From assembly GCF_006345805.1 (NCBI RefSeq), contig NC_043012.1, forward strand, positions 22,072,001 to 22,136,000: 64,000 bases of DNA, given 5' to 3'. The position numbers and the translations under genes are program-made. Below the pieces are notes generated by a model, which was not told the DNA's origin, ran no database searches, and worked only from the letters and a program-made list of their open reading frames with translations. The stretch comes from Octopus sinensis. Taxonomy: Eukaryota. Positions 37,335-51,328 of this stretch are shown here, in pieces (within the stretch, counting starts at the first letter, position 1; the number at the start of each line of letters is the position of its first letter).

Positions 37335-38460
37335 AGGCGGTGTGCTAGCAGAATCGTTAACACGTAGAGCAAACATGCTTAGCGGCATTTCATCCGTCTT
37401 TTCGTTCTGAGTTCAAATTCCGCCGAGGCCAGCTTTGCCTTTCATCCTTTCGGGATAGATAAAATAAGTTCTACCTGAAGGTAGTACTGGAATCGATTTC
37501 ATTGAATTGTCCTCTCATCCGAAAAATAGTTGGCCTTATAACAAAATTTGAAACCATTATTATTATTCTTTCTTTCTGAAGGCACAAGGCCCGAGATTTT
37601 GGGGGAGGGGACCAGTCAAATAGATCGACTCCAGGATGCAACTGGTACTTAATTTATCGACCCTGAAAGGATGAAAGGCAAAGTCTACCTCGGTTGAAGT
37701 TGAACTCAGAACGTAATGTCATTGAATTGTCCTCTCATCCGAAAAATAGTTGGCCTTATAACAAAATTTGAAACCATTATTATTATTCTTTCTTTCTGAA
37801 GGCACAAGGCCCGAGATTTTGGGGGAGGGGACCAGTCAAATAGATCGACTCCAGGATGCAACTGGTACTTAATTTATCGACCCTGAAAGGATGAAAGGCA
37901 AAGTCTACCTCGGTTGAAGTTGAACTCAGAACGTAATGACAGACGAAATACTGCTAAGGATTTCGCCCGACGTGCTAACGTTTCTTATTTCGTTATTGCC
38001 CACAAGGGGCTAAACACAGAGAGGACAAACAAGGACAGACAAAGGGAGTAAGTCGATTACATCGACCCCAGTGTGTAACTGGTACTTATTTAATCGACCC
38101 CGAAAGGATGAAAGGCAAAGTCGACCTCGGTTGAATTTGAACTCAGAACGTAATGACTGATGAAATACCACTAAGCATTTCGCCCGGCGTGCTAACGTTT
38201 CTGCCAGCTCGCCGTCTTGAAATCATTATTATTATGATCATGATTAGGGTAGTGGATTGGTAGAGCCGTTATAACGTCGTAAAAGAGCCTCGCAAGTATT
38301 CATTCTGGTTCTTCGCGTTCTGAGTACAATCTCGTCCGAGGTGGACTTTGCTTTTTATCTCTCTAGTGTCGACAAAATTTAGTACCAGTCAAGTGATGAA
38401 ATCGTGTCAGCCCTTCCTCAAAACTCACGTCTTCTACCTAACTTAGAAACAAATGTAGTG
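37335..38460. mobile_element. Cluster of SINE family A copies in both orientations, including a 220-bp tandem duplication
   Basis: + copy 37335-37560; - copies 37575-38214; + degenerate copy 38245-38460. Confidence 0.8.
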
Positions 38461-38826
38461 GATTGGCAAAGTCCTTGGCGCGTCGAACGAATTGCTTTAC
38501 TGTATTTAGTTACAAGTCTTTACGTTCGTAGTTCAAACCCCGATAAAATCAACTTTGTCATTCATCCCTTTGGGCTTAGTAAAACAAGTCCCATTTGAGC
38601 ACTGGAGTCTGTGTAACCAACGTACCGTAACACTACCTTCAAAACTGCTGGCCTTATGCTAAAATTGGAGAGAATTTAATCAACCAACACCTTTTCCACA
38701 CCTTGCAGGCTTCGAGATTAAATTAGAAATTATCAAGGGCAACAATTGGCGGTCGTTAGCGTCGGATTGAATGTCTCCAAGTGTGTGAGTTCAAATCCCG
38801 CCGAGGCCAACTTTGCCTTTTATACC

Positions 38827-39075
38827 TTTACTTGTTTCAGTCATTTGACTGCGGCCAAGCTGGAGCATCAACTTTAGTTGAACAAATCGCCCCCATTACT
38901 TATTTTTTTGCGAGCCTGATACTAATTCTACCGGTGTTTTTTTGCCGAAACGCTAAGTTACGGGTACGTAAACGCGCCACCATCGGTTGTCAAGCGATGG
39001 TGGGGGTGACAAACACACACACGCAAACACACACACACAAACACATACACACACACACACACACACATACATACA

Positions 39076-39127
<52 letters not shown>

Positions 39128-39142
39128 ACGGGCTTCTTTCAG
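38827..39142 (-). mobile_element. SINE family B, 3' two-thirds
   Basis: TTTACTTGTTTCAGTCATTTGACTGCGGCC..GCCGAAACGCTAAGTTACGGG..ACGGGCTTCTTTCAG. Confidence 0.8.
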
Positions 39143-39427
39143 GTTCCTGCGTGTTAACGATTCTGCTAGCACACCGCCTTACTACTACTACTACGACTAC
39201 AACTACTACTACTACTACTACTACTACAACTACTACTATTACTAGCAAAAACAACCACATTATCGACAATATCACGAGAGTTATTGCAGAGAAATATATT
39301 AAAAACAAAAGGAAATGAGAAAGAATAATAAGAAATTCAGGAGGAAATATTGAAAGGCTTTGATCAAGAGTCTGAAGTAGTTGTCGGATAATCTTTTTCG
39401 ACTTCACCATCTCCCTATTTTTTGCCT

Positions 39428-39735
39428 CCTGATCCTACCAAAAATTACTGTGTGTGCGGCGTGGCTGAAAAAGACACCAACCGCTCTGCCTGCAACACCA
39501 GTGCTGAGCTCAAGGCGGTGTTCGACGATTTTCCCAGGAACAGAGTGAGGAATGCATGAGCTACGTTCCGGAGCCGTCTTCAGGCCGTGATGGCGGCTAC
39601 TTTGAGTAAGCTTTTATTTCCCTGCCGTAATCCAGTTGATATTTTATTTATCTCTATTACTTGTATTTTTAGATGAGATATTGAAAATTTTCTTTTCCAT
39701 TTATGCAAAATGTCAGATTTAGCCCGAACATCCTG
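39428..39735 (+). pseudogene. Tc1/mariner-superfamily (maT/DD37D-like) transposase C-terminus with probable right TIR
   Basis: Reads PDPTKNYCVCGVAEKDTNRSACNT..LKA..RNA*ATFRSRLQAVMAA (compare SPDLNPLDYxVWG..ERxTN..RFRxRLEAV); ends ..GCCCGAACATCCTG. Confidence 0.5.
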
Positions 39736-40082
39736 CATTTTATCGACCCTGATAGGCAACTTTGATCTTGGCCACATTTGAACTCAAAATGCAAAGAGGC
39801 GGAATAAATATCACAAGGCATTTTGTCCGACGCTCTGTTAATTCTCCGCCATTCGCACTTTAGATATGGCAATATAATATACACTTGGGGTGTTTGGGAT
39901 CAATCTTTAATCAAAGATTAATAAATACAACAATGAAAGGCGTGATCACAATGTGTCGTCAGTCAACCATTTCCAGATAATGATTAAAATTACTAAAACT
40001 TGTCCATTAAATATTTAAGAAATGAATAGAAAATAGCCACTCTCTGAGTGCTTTCATTGGTTATTATTACAGAATACAAAAG

Positions 40083-42665
40083 TAGCGAGCCGGCAGAATC
40101 GTTAGCGCGCCGGCAGAATCGTTAGCGAGCCGGCAGAATCGTTAGCGCGCCGGACAAAATGCCTAACAGCATTTCATCCGTCTTTACGTTCTGGGTTAAA
40201 ACTGCGTCAAGCTGGAATTTGTCTTCCATCTTTTCGTTATCGATGAAATAGATACCGGTTGAACTCTGGGGTCCCCTCCTCCAAAATTTCAGGTTTTGTG
40301 GCGATAGTAGAAATCAATATTATAGTGTATAAAGGTGGCGATCTGGCATAATCGTTAGCACACCGGATGAAATGCTTAGCGGCATTTTGTCCGTCTTTAC
40401 GCTCTGATTTAAAATTACACCGAGGTGGAATTTGCCTTTTATCCCACCGGTGTCAATGAAATAAATACCAGTTGAGTACTGGGGATTAATGTTATCAACT
40501 TACCCACTCACCCAAATTTGCTGGCCTTGTGCCAAAATTTGAAACCATTATTAGAGAATACAAAGGTTGCAAGCTGGCTGAATCGTTAGCACGTCGGGCG
40601 AAATGCGTAGCCATATTTCGTGTGCCGTTATGTTCTGAGTTCAAATTTCTCCGAGGTCGACTTTGCCATTCATCCTCTCGGGGTCGATAAATAAAGTACC
40701 AGTTTCGCACTGGGTCGATGTAATCGACTTAATCTCTTTGTCTGTCCTTGTTTGTCCCCTCTGTGTTTAGCCCCTTGTGGATAGTAAAGAAATAGGCATT
40801 TAGTCCGTCTTGACGTTTCAATAAAAAATCATGAATCGTTAGCACGCAGGACAAAATGCTTCGCGGCATTTCGTCAGTCTTTATGTTTTGAATTCAAATT
40901 CCACCGAAGTCGACTTTGCCTTTTCATCTTTCGAGGTCGATAAAATAAGAACCAGTCATGTACTGCGGTCGATGTAATCGACTTTCCCTTCCTCGTTATG
41001 CCTTTAGTGGAAAGGTTCATTACAGAATATAAGGGCGGCGAGGTAGCAGAATCTTAGCTCGCCAAACAACATACATTCAGAGTTCAAATTTCGCAGAGAT
41101 CGCTTTTGTCTTTAAACATTTTGGGGCCGATACAATTAGTACTAGTTGAGAGCTAGGGTCGATATAATCGGCTAGCCCTTTCCCCAAAAATTTCAGATCC
41201 TGTGCCCATAGCACAAAAGATTATTACACAATAAAGGAAGACCAGTGGATAGGCAGAGTGTATAACCATCAGTGCGTTGTACAAAATACCTTACGGTATT
41301 TTTTCAGGCTCTTTACTTTCTGAGTTCAAATCCCGCTGAGATCAACTTTCGGGATCGATTAATTACCAGTGACGTTCTGGGGTCGATGTAATTGCCTAAT
41401 CCCATCAACCTTGCTGGTGTCGTGCCTAAACTAAAGACCAAAAAAATGCAGCTAATGGAATGACAGAACCATTAAACCGTCGGAAAAAGTTGTATGTGGT
41501 ATGTCTTCCGTTTCCTTACGTTTTTAGTACAAATACTGCCGAGGTCAACTTTGCCTTTCATCATGTCACGGGGGTGACGATAAAATAAAGCACCAGTAAA
41601 TGTCTAAGGTTGTTAAAATCAATTTACCTTCTCTACCAAAATCTCAGGCCTTGTGCATATCGTAGAAGGAATTATTGCAGGAAGGAGGTGACGTGGCAGA
41701 ATCGTGAGAGCATCGACAAAAATACCTTGCAGTATTTATTCAAGTTCTTTAAGTTCTGATTCCAAAGCATTGTTTAAAAGGAGTAGAGGTTAGGCGCGTT
41801 TATGTGAAGAATTACTAATATCCTCGTTGCATTTGTCTTTCTCGTTGCATTTGTCCTTCATCGATAAAATAAAGAACCAGTCAAGTTCTAGTCTATATGC
41901 AATTGAGTAATGCCTTCCCTCAAAAACTGATGGCCTTAATCTTAAATTAAAAACAATGATAATGAAGGTAGTTAGTTGGTAGAATCATTTGAACGTCAGA
42001 CAGATTACCTTGCCGTATTTCTTCCTGCTCCTTACGTTCTGAGTTCAAATCCTGCTGAGGCTCACTCAGCTGTTTATCTTTCTGAGGTCGATACAGTAAA
42101 GTATTTGTTAAGTACTGAGGTTGATGATGTCAACTGCATGGTATTCTGCCTAGATCAGAAACCATTATTGCAAAATAAAAGACAATAGAATGACATAATC
42201 GAAACGGTGGCGAACAAAATACATTCTATCATTTAGTTAGAATTATTTGTAACCTAGTTGAAGTCTGTTTGGGGTTCACATCACAATTCCTCCTTCGGGG
42301 GTGTCGATAGAATAAGAATCCTGTACCAAGATCGATAAACAATTCAAAGTTAGAAATCTTTATCATAGAATTAAGGATTATGAATTGTTAAGAAAATCGA
42401 TATTATCATGAAACAAAATGGCTTGTATTCGTTTGATTACGCAAGGCGGCGAGCTGGCAGAATCATTATCACGCTGGGCGAAATACTTAGCGGAATTTCG
42501 TCTGTCTTTACATTCTGAGATCAAATTCCGCCGAGGTTGGCTTTGCCTTTCATCTTTTCGGGTTCGATAAATTAAGTACCAGTTGCGTACTGGAGTCGAT
42601 CTAAACGACTGGCCCCCTCCCCCAAAATTTCGGGCCTTATGCCTAGAGTAGAAAAGATTATTTTG
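40083..42665 (+). mobile_element. Head-to-tail array of about 10-11 SINE family A copies, all on +
   Basis: Heads or cores near 40083, 40333, 40563, 40830, 41031, 41240, 41445, 41680, 41965, 42190 and 42444. Confidence 0.82.
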
Positions 42666-43300
42666 ATTATGAGCTTTACTTTCCGAGTTCATATCTCACT
42701 TAAGGTTGTTTTGTTTTGTTTTTGCCTCTTACATTTCTCACAGTGATAAGATAAGTCATCTTTCGATTTCGATCTATTTTCTAAATATCTGTAATCTTTT
42801 GTCTTTGTAAGGTAAGAAATGATTATTAGAGAATCCAATCTACCAACCATTAATTAGTTTAACTTTGTTTCCTAAAACATTTTTAAGAGAGTTTAGGCTC
42901 TTGTTTTTCCAAACCAAAATAAACCGAGTAAATGGTGATTAATTTATTCTATTGCGAGGTTTCTAAGAGTGCTTGTGTGGTTGTTAAAGCATTATTTAGA
43001 AGGAGTAGAAGTTGGGCATATGTATGTGAGGAATTACTAATATTTTCGTTGTATTTCTAAACTGTTCTGCTAACCAAGTACTTAGAATGCGAGGGGAAAT
43101 ATGTTGGTGCAGGAGTAATATCATTACTGCAATTTCAGGTTTAATTAAGTTGCAATTGTAGTTAAGATTATGTTGATAATTAATATTATACATGTTGAAA
43201 GAATTTAGAATCATTGCTAAGTATAGTTTAATAATAACAGTTTTCAAACCTTCAGCTTTTGTTCAATTTCGGATTTAATAATACGTATTGATGCAGGTGT

Positions 43301-43625
43301 GAAGGCGCGTGGCTTAGTGGTTAGAGCATTCGACTAACGATTTTAAGGTCGTGAGTTCGATTCCCGGCGATGCATTGTGTCCTTGAGCAAGATACTTTAT
43401 TTCACGTTGCTCCAGTTCACTCAGCTGGCAAAAATGAGTTGTACCTGTATTTTAAAGGGCCGGCCTTGTCACACTCTGTGTCACACTCTGAATCTCCCTG
43501 AGAACTACGTTAAGGGTACACGTGTCTGTGGATTGCTCAGTCACTTGCACGTTAATTCCACGAGCAAGCTGTTCCGTTGATCGTATCAGCTGGGACCCTC
43601 GTCGTCGTAACCGACGGAGTGCTCC
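43301..43625 (+). mobile_element. SINE family C variant with 15-bp TSD
   Basis: TATTGATGCAGGTGT at 43286-43300 and 43626-43640; A and B boxes intact. Confidence 0.92.
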
Positions 43626-44680
43626 TATTGATGCAGGTGTTTTTCCTCTATCACACTCGTCAAATAAACCATGACCTTAGATATACATACATACAAGCAC
43701 CCAAGCCTTTTACATAACCCAGATATTTCTTTCTTGTATTATCTATCAAATTAACACCTAAATTAGAACAAAGATTATGGTTACTTCTCTTTAGCAACAC
43801 TGTATACTCCCTGTATACTCATTTTTATCTCTTTTCAAATACAAAAAAAAAAACTTAAATAGTAATTATCTCCTTGTAGATTTTCCAAAATAGAAATCAT
43901 TCCAAAAACTAAATTTACAACATTTGAACTAAGGGTGAGCTTCTCTTTTTCGTCATCTTCGAAATTTGCTTCAATTAAATTATTATATCTTTTTTTACAG
44001 CTGATTCGTTTTACTTTTTACACATTTTAATCCTCTATTTTGCCACGCGTTGTAATCCATTTTATTTTCATTTTTTGTATATATATATATTTTTTTTTTT
44101 TAAATGCAATTATAATTTTCAGATAAAGATTCGTTTGTCTTTTGTTTTCAAACCCCATTTGAATATTGTCACACAATTATGAAATATTATCACACAAATC
44201 TACAAATACTTAAAATATAATTAGATTCTCTTTTACACTTAACATAGTTTAACTTGAAACTTGTGTGTGTGTGCGTGATACAATTTCTCCTCTTCTTTAT
44301 TCTACATTAAGTATTTTGTTCAAACTCATTCAAAAGTAGGGAACTGTTGTTAAAAAAAGATCATGTTCACAATACGAACTAAAAAATTATCTCCCCTTAC
44401 ATCTGAACATCTGAAGAGTCTTTATAAAAATCGATGTTGGATTAATATTGAAGGACTAAACCTTGCATTATGGGGTATTTTGTTTTGTTTTTCTGATTTT
44501 TTTTTCTTTCTGTTATATTTAATCATAGAAAGGAATGTCGTAATGGTTTATTGTACGCACCCCAGTCGCAGGTTCAATACAAGCACGATGCAACGTGTTC
44601 TGTTCTTCAGTAAGGCGCTCTATGTTCACGATACTCAAGTGTACTAGACTGTGAATGAGAACCAGCCGAGAGCTTGTACA

Positions 44681-44681
44681 G

Positions 44682-44716
<35 letters not shown>

Positions 44717-44718
44717 TA

Positions 44719-44752
<34 letters not shown>

Positions 44753-44753
44753 C

Positions 44754-44812
<59 letters not shown>
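44681..44812. repeat. (CT)n microsatellite
   Basis: Direct reading. Confidence 0.95.
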
Positions 44813-44814
<2 letters not shown>

Positions 44815-45217
44815 GAAGCTAAACTGCGTCGCTCTGTTCTTTAGTAAAAATTCCTGTCTTCTTTTTATACCTCACTCCAAATTTTATTTAAGTTCGGACT
44901 TTGTAGAGTTACATGAATACCATAACCATATAAGGAAATTATACGTTCATTTCTTCCTCTTCTTTTTTATTTCTTATACCAGAAACCTTTCAGTGTTCAA
45001 ACATTATAGACCGTTGTGAGCACCTTATTTATAATTTTATAGTTCATGAATATCTACTTCAATTACTAGTTAACTGCTTCGAAATTATTCGAGTTTAAAT
45101 TAAGAAAACACTTTAGCCAAATAATTTGTCAAAAATCGACAGAAACTGTAATTTATAACGAAGCAACACATATATCTATGTTTGTATGTATGTGTGTATC
45201 CATATATACATATGCAT

Positions 45218-45301
<84 letters not shown>

Positions 45302-45957
45302 GATAAAAAATTTTTTCAGAAAAAAATTTCAACAAAAGTGACAGTATATTAAAATACCTTTAAAGCTTAAAATTCTAAACGACTTATAAACAAGGGCAAA
45401 AGAAAACATTTTTCCATGGCAATATGCTGAGAACAGACATTAAATAGTCAATTTCTACATTTCATTTTACAATCACTATAAATACACGTCGCGCTGAAAT
45501 GGAGGAACGCTAACTAACAGAATTTTTTATTTAAAGTTGGTTATTTCTATGTTGAATCAATTTCGGGATTAATCCTATGGATTGTTCCCTCTTCAGTAGA
45601 AAATATACATATGCATATACATATGTGTAGTTACCCCACCACACGCACACACCCATATAGAAGAGTAAACAAATTCAAAGGTCGATGTATATATTCATTC
45701 AATCCATATTAACGAAGTTCTCCATGGTATACAAAGTACATGCATAGATGCATTTATATGATATATAAACATTTCTAAGAATTTATAAATACATACATAT
45801 ACACGAAAATTTAGAAATATATGAAAATTCACACATATATAAAAGTTTACAAACGCATAAAAATTCATAAATGGAAATATACATAAAAAGTGTGAGTCCA
45901 TAAATATACTTGCAATGTCCGAAGGAAAAGGATGATGAATCGGATGTAAACTGATTC

Positions 45958-46005
<48 letters not shown>

Positions 46006-46043
46006 GTGTGTGTATATATTATTCTTAAACAAGAATCTTGTTG

Positions 46044-46087
46044 ACAGTGACTTCAAAATTTCGGCTTCCGCGCCTTCATCAGACTGT
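46044..46087 (-). ncRNA. Minimal type-I hammerhead ribozyme motif with complete catalytic core
   Basis: ACAGT-CTGATGA-A-GGC-GCGGAA-GCC-GAAA-TTT-TG-AAG-TC-ACTGT: 5-bp stem I, 3-bp stem II, stem III with one wobble, GUC triplet. Confidence 0.72.
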
Positions 46088-46203
46088 TAATCAATACAAG
46101 CTCTACTAAATTGTATTGAGTAATCTTTTAGTTTTATGTTAATTCGATTTTATTCATAACTTTACATAAGAAGATATGATATGTGGCTGTGCGTGTATAT
46201 ATA

Positions 46204-46257
<54 letters not shown>

Positions 46258-46416
46258 ATAATATATATATATATACATGCATACATACATACATACATAC
46301 ATACATACATACATACATAATTGTGTGTGTCTGTGTGCGTGTGTGTGTGTGTGAGCATATGAGGGTAGGATGTAGGCGTGCATATTCTTAGCTTTGCACA
46401 AAAGAATAATCTTGCT

Positions 46417-46898
46417 AGGCGGCGAGCTGGTAGAAACGTTAGCACGCCGGGCGAAATTCGTAGCCGTATTTCGTTTGTCGTTGCGTTCTGAGTTCAAATT
46501 CCGCCGAGGTCGACTTTGCCTTTCATCCTTTCGGGGTCGATAAATTAAGTACCAGTTGCGCACTGGGGTCGATGTAATCAACTTAATCCCTTTGTCTGTC
46601 CTTGTTTGTCCCCTCTGTGTTTAGCCCCTTGTGGGTAGTAAATAAATATATATATGTGTGCATATTAAGGCGGCGAGCTGGTAGAAACGTTAGCACGCCG
46701 GGCGAAATTCGTAGCCGTATTTCGTTTGTCGTTGCGTTCTGAGTTCAAATTCCGCCGAGGTCGACTTTGGCTTTCATCCTTTCGGCGTCGATAAATTAAG
46801 TACCAGTTGCGCACTGGGGTCGATGTAATCAACTTAATCCCTTTGTCTGTCCTTGTTTGTCCCCTCTGTGTTTAGCCCCTTGTGGGTAGTAAAGAAAT
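46417..46898 (+). mobile_element. Two near-identical full-length SINE family A copies in tandem (period 251)
   Basis: Both share private variants GGTAGAAAC, AAATTCGTAGCC and TTTGTCGTTGCG. Confidence 0.92.
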
Positions 46899-47232
46899 AT
46901 ATATTTGTGAATTATTCATTCATATGTTTGCTACAATAACTCAATCCCATATGTTGTGAATTTCAGTTTTAAGGTTGATTACGCAAAACTTTTGAGCTCC
47001 AGTGAAATTTCTTACACATCAAATTATTCTTCGTTGTGCTGCATTTAGTTCTGAATATATATAGTCTCAGTATTGTCTCATGCAAAACAATCTTCAGATA
47101 ATTTACAACCGGTCAGTAGGTGGCAGACGACCACACGCTGCCGTGGCTTGACTGCTAGAAACACTATATGTAACAATGTTTCCAGAGACTAATATTCTGG
47201 TACAAATTTTATATCAATATAGTTCCTGCTTT

Positions 47233-47576
47233 GTGAAGGTACCTGGCTCAGTGATAAGAGCGTCTGGGTCACAATCATGAAGTAGTGAGTTCGATTCCCA
47301 GACTGGGGTGTGTGTTGTGCTCTTGAGTAAGATACGTTATTTCACTTTGCTGCAGTTCACTCAGCTGTAGAAATGAGTTGCGACGTCACTGGTGCCAAGC
47401 TGAATCGGCCCCTTTGTCTTTCCCTTGGATAACATCGGTGGTATGGAGAAGGAAGGCTGGTATGCATGGGCGACTGCTGGTCATCCATAAAACAACCTTG
47501 CCCAGACTTGTTTCTCGTTGCAGATTGAACTTTCTAGGTGCAATCCCATGGTCATTCATGAACGATGGGGGTCCCT
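47233..47576 (+). mobile_element. SINE family C
   Basis: Collinear with 26627-26965. Confidence 0.85.
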
Positions 47577-47677
47577 CAGTTCCTTGTTTTTGAGTGTCTC
47601 TAATTTTCAGACATAAATACATATCCTGTGTGTTCATATATATTTGTGTGCGTGTGTGTGTGTGTGTGTGATTTGAG

Positions 47678-47761
<84 letters not shown>

Positions 47762-48005
47762 TTCCCCAACCATAAGACCGATTTATTGTCCACCACAAGG
47801 TCGATTTCCTGTTGACCATGCATCATTTTTCAATAAATTGTTGTCGCTGAAATACCCACATCAACCACTATACCGCGTGGCCTTTCTGTACCAATCTCAG
47901 GCTAACGTCCAGTAATAAACACTGACTCTCCTCAATCGAACTCCCATTCAGACCCAAAGAGTATGAATCAAACTGTTTTGATTTAAATATATATAGATAT
48001 ATGTG

Positions 48006-48055
<50 letters not shown>

Positions 48056-48124
48056 TGTGCTGTGTGAGTAATTGTGTGTATGTATATATGTGTATGTATT
48101 ATATATATATATATATATATATAT

Positions 48125-48242
48125 ATCCACTCACAAGTCTTTGGTCGGCATGAGTCTGTAGTAGAAGACACTTGCTCAAGGTGCCAGTGAACCCAGAACC
48201 ATGTGGTTGGTAAGCAAGCTACTTACCACACAGCCACTCCTA
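48125..48242 (-). mobile_element. SINE family B 5' fragment
   Basis: CCACTCACAAG..GAAGACACTTGCTCAAGG..CTTACCACACAGCCACTCCT. Confidence 0.8.
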
Positions 48243-48346
48243 TTCCCACGCGCACGCACACGCACAAACTTATACATACATACATATATATATATATTAC
48301 CGCACGCACGCCACACACCACACATATCTATATTATAAATATATAT

Positions 48347-48392
<46 letters not shown>

Positions 48393-49301
48393 ATATAGGC
48401 ACATACACAAACATATAGGTAAAGTATGGTAGGATGCGGGCTTTTGATGTGTGTGTATAATCGGTATTGAATGTATGAGAGTCTATTGATATCAAGACTA
48501 AAGGGTGTGAAGGGAGAGGTTCACGGGGGTGAAATATGTTAAATATGTCATTCATTTGATCTTTACAGACTTTGGTATCCTGCAGCTTTGATAGTTTCCA
48601 TATAGATTGGTAATACCTTCATATATCTCGCTAACTATCTTTCTCTATATATATATAAATGTTTGTGTGTGTGTGTATGAGGAAGAGTCAGCGGGTTTGA
48701 TTGTGTGTGTGTGTATGTGTGTGTGTGTGTGTGTGTGTGATTGTGAGTGCGTCAATAGGTGTGGGCACATTGTACTAAACATACGTGAGCGACACGGTAG
48801 ATAAATACACACATGGCGATATAGAGATACATATATATACAAGCACACATACATGCATGCAAACATTCACAAGCATACACTCACACATAGACACACACAA
48901 ATACAAATAAAGAAATATATACATATATATATATATATATACGTATACACATGTATGCATGTGTGTGTATATACACACATTAACAGACATTTAAAGACGC
49001 ATACTATAATTGTTTTAAAATGTACGTGCGCATGTCATATACACACACATATATATAATATATATATACATACATACATACATACATATATATATATAAT
49101 ATAATATATATATATATACAAACAAATATACATTATATATACATACATATATATACATATATATGTATATAAACACATAAATACATATATATACATATAT
49201 AAACACACATATATATACATGTAAGTCATCAATTTATTATTCAAAGATATCTATATTTATTCATTTGTATCTAATATATATATAAGTATGTTTGTATGTA
49301 T

Positions 49302-49369
<68 letters not shown>

Positions 49370-49425
49370 TGTATATGTATATATCTATAATATATATATG
49401 TTGTACGTATATAATTAATATATAA

Positions 49426-49483
<58 letters not shown>

Positions 49484-50126
49484 CATACATATTGATACGA
49501 AGCCACCACAATTTTCTATCTGTGAGAAAGAATCCAGTGACGAGAATAAATAAAAATTGTCATAAAGATTACTTTCCTTTCTATTCGATATTTCATTGTG
49601 AATGAATATTTAATATTACGTAAATATCATTGATAGCCACCATTGCACCCCGTCGATGCCTGATATGTTGTGGGGTCAAATTAGGGGTCACGATATCCTT
49701 AACACCTCGTCAAATTGGTCCAACAACTCGGCAGTATTCCTATTTTTCATAGTTTGCCAAACAGATTTTCTATTACCGTCCGTTTTCGTTGTTGCGCATG
49801 AATAGTTGGCAGATAAACACATACATGAATACACAGTTGTAAATACATACATATATACATTTATATATATAGTGCGTGCGCGCGTGTGTTTGTATAATTA
49901 TATGAATATATATATATAGATAATATATATACACACACCACACACATATAATATGGATATGTAATATATATATATATATACCTTCCAATTTTACTTTGTT
50001 ATATATATATATATTATATATAATATATATATATATATATCACATATATATATACAAATTAAATAGATATAAATAGATAGATAGATAGATAGATTGATAG
50101 ATGAATATATGCATATATCTTAAAAC

Positions 50127-50166
<40 letters not shown>

Positions 50167-50173
50167 ATGTATG

Positions 50174-50206
<33 letters not shown>

Positions 50207-50313
50207 TGTGTGTGTGTGTGTTGTGTGTGTGTGTATAATATGATAGACCGACAGACGGATAGAGTAGATAGATAGATAAATAGATAGACAGATAGATAGA
50301 TTAACGTAGGAAA

Positions 50314-50362
<49 letters not shown>

Positions 50363-50964
50363 ATTTGTGTGTATGTGTGTGTGAGTGTGTGTGTGTGTGT
50401 GTGAGTCTCTGTGTGTGTGTGTGAGTCTCTGTGTGTGTGTGTGTGTGTGAGTCTCTGTGTGTATGAGTGTGTGTGAGTCTCAGTGTGTGTGTGAGTGTGT
50501 GTGTGTGTGTGTGTGTTTTCACATGTCATTTCGTCCAAGCCACATTATTTATATTTTATAATATTATAAGCTCTGAAAATTAGATGTATTCATTTTTTTT
50601 TTTTTTTAATCATTTTCATTATAAAGCCCCTTAATAAAACATTGCACGAAAAAGTAGTCTCCGCATATTCGGGATCTATTTATCGCCACTTCCGATATAA
50701 GTGTAAGCATAGGTTTTATCCGCGTGCGCGCGCGCGCGAGTACGAGTGTATGTGTGTGGTGTGGGTAGGTGTGCATAGCCGTTCGGCTTTTGTGCGCTCT
50801 CAATATATTTTATTTGTCGTTGAGATGAACTAAAGTTGTACTGCCTAGGTTCATTTGCGGTTATCTTTTCGCACATACACGCACACGTAAACACACACAC
50901 GCACACACATATATATATAATATCTCGAAATATATAATTGAAATTCTCTTCCTCCCTGTTCTGA

Positions 50965-51018
<54 letters not shown>

Positions 51019-51297
51019 ATGTATGTATGTATGTATGTATGCATATGCATACATACATATACATATGCATATGTACAGTAGTATATATGTATATATATGT
51101 ATATGCATATATGTACAGATGTCTATATATATAATACATACCTACGTACATGTATACATACACACGTACATACATACATACATACATACATACATGCAAT
51201 CATACACACACACATACATACATACTACATACATACATACATACATACATACGTACGTACGTACGTACATGCATGCATACATACATACATACATACA

Positions 51298-51328
<31 letters not shown>

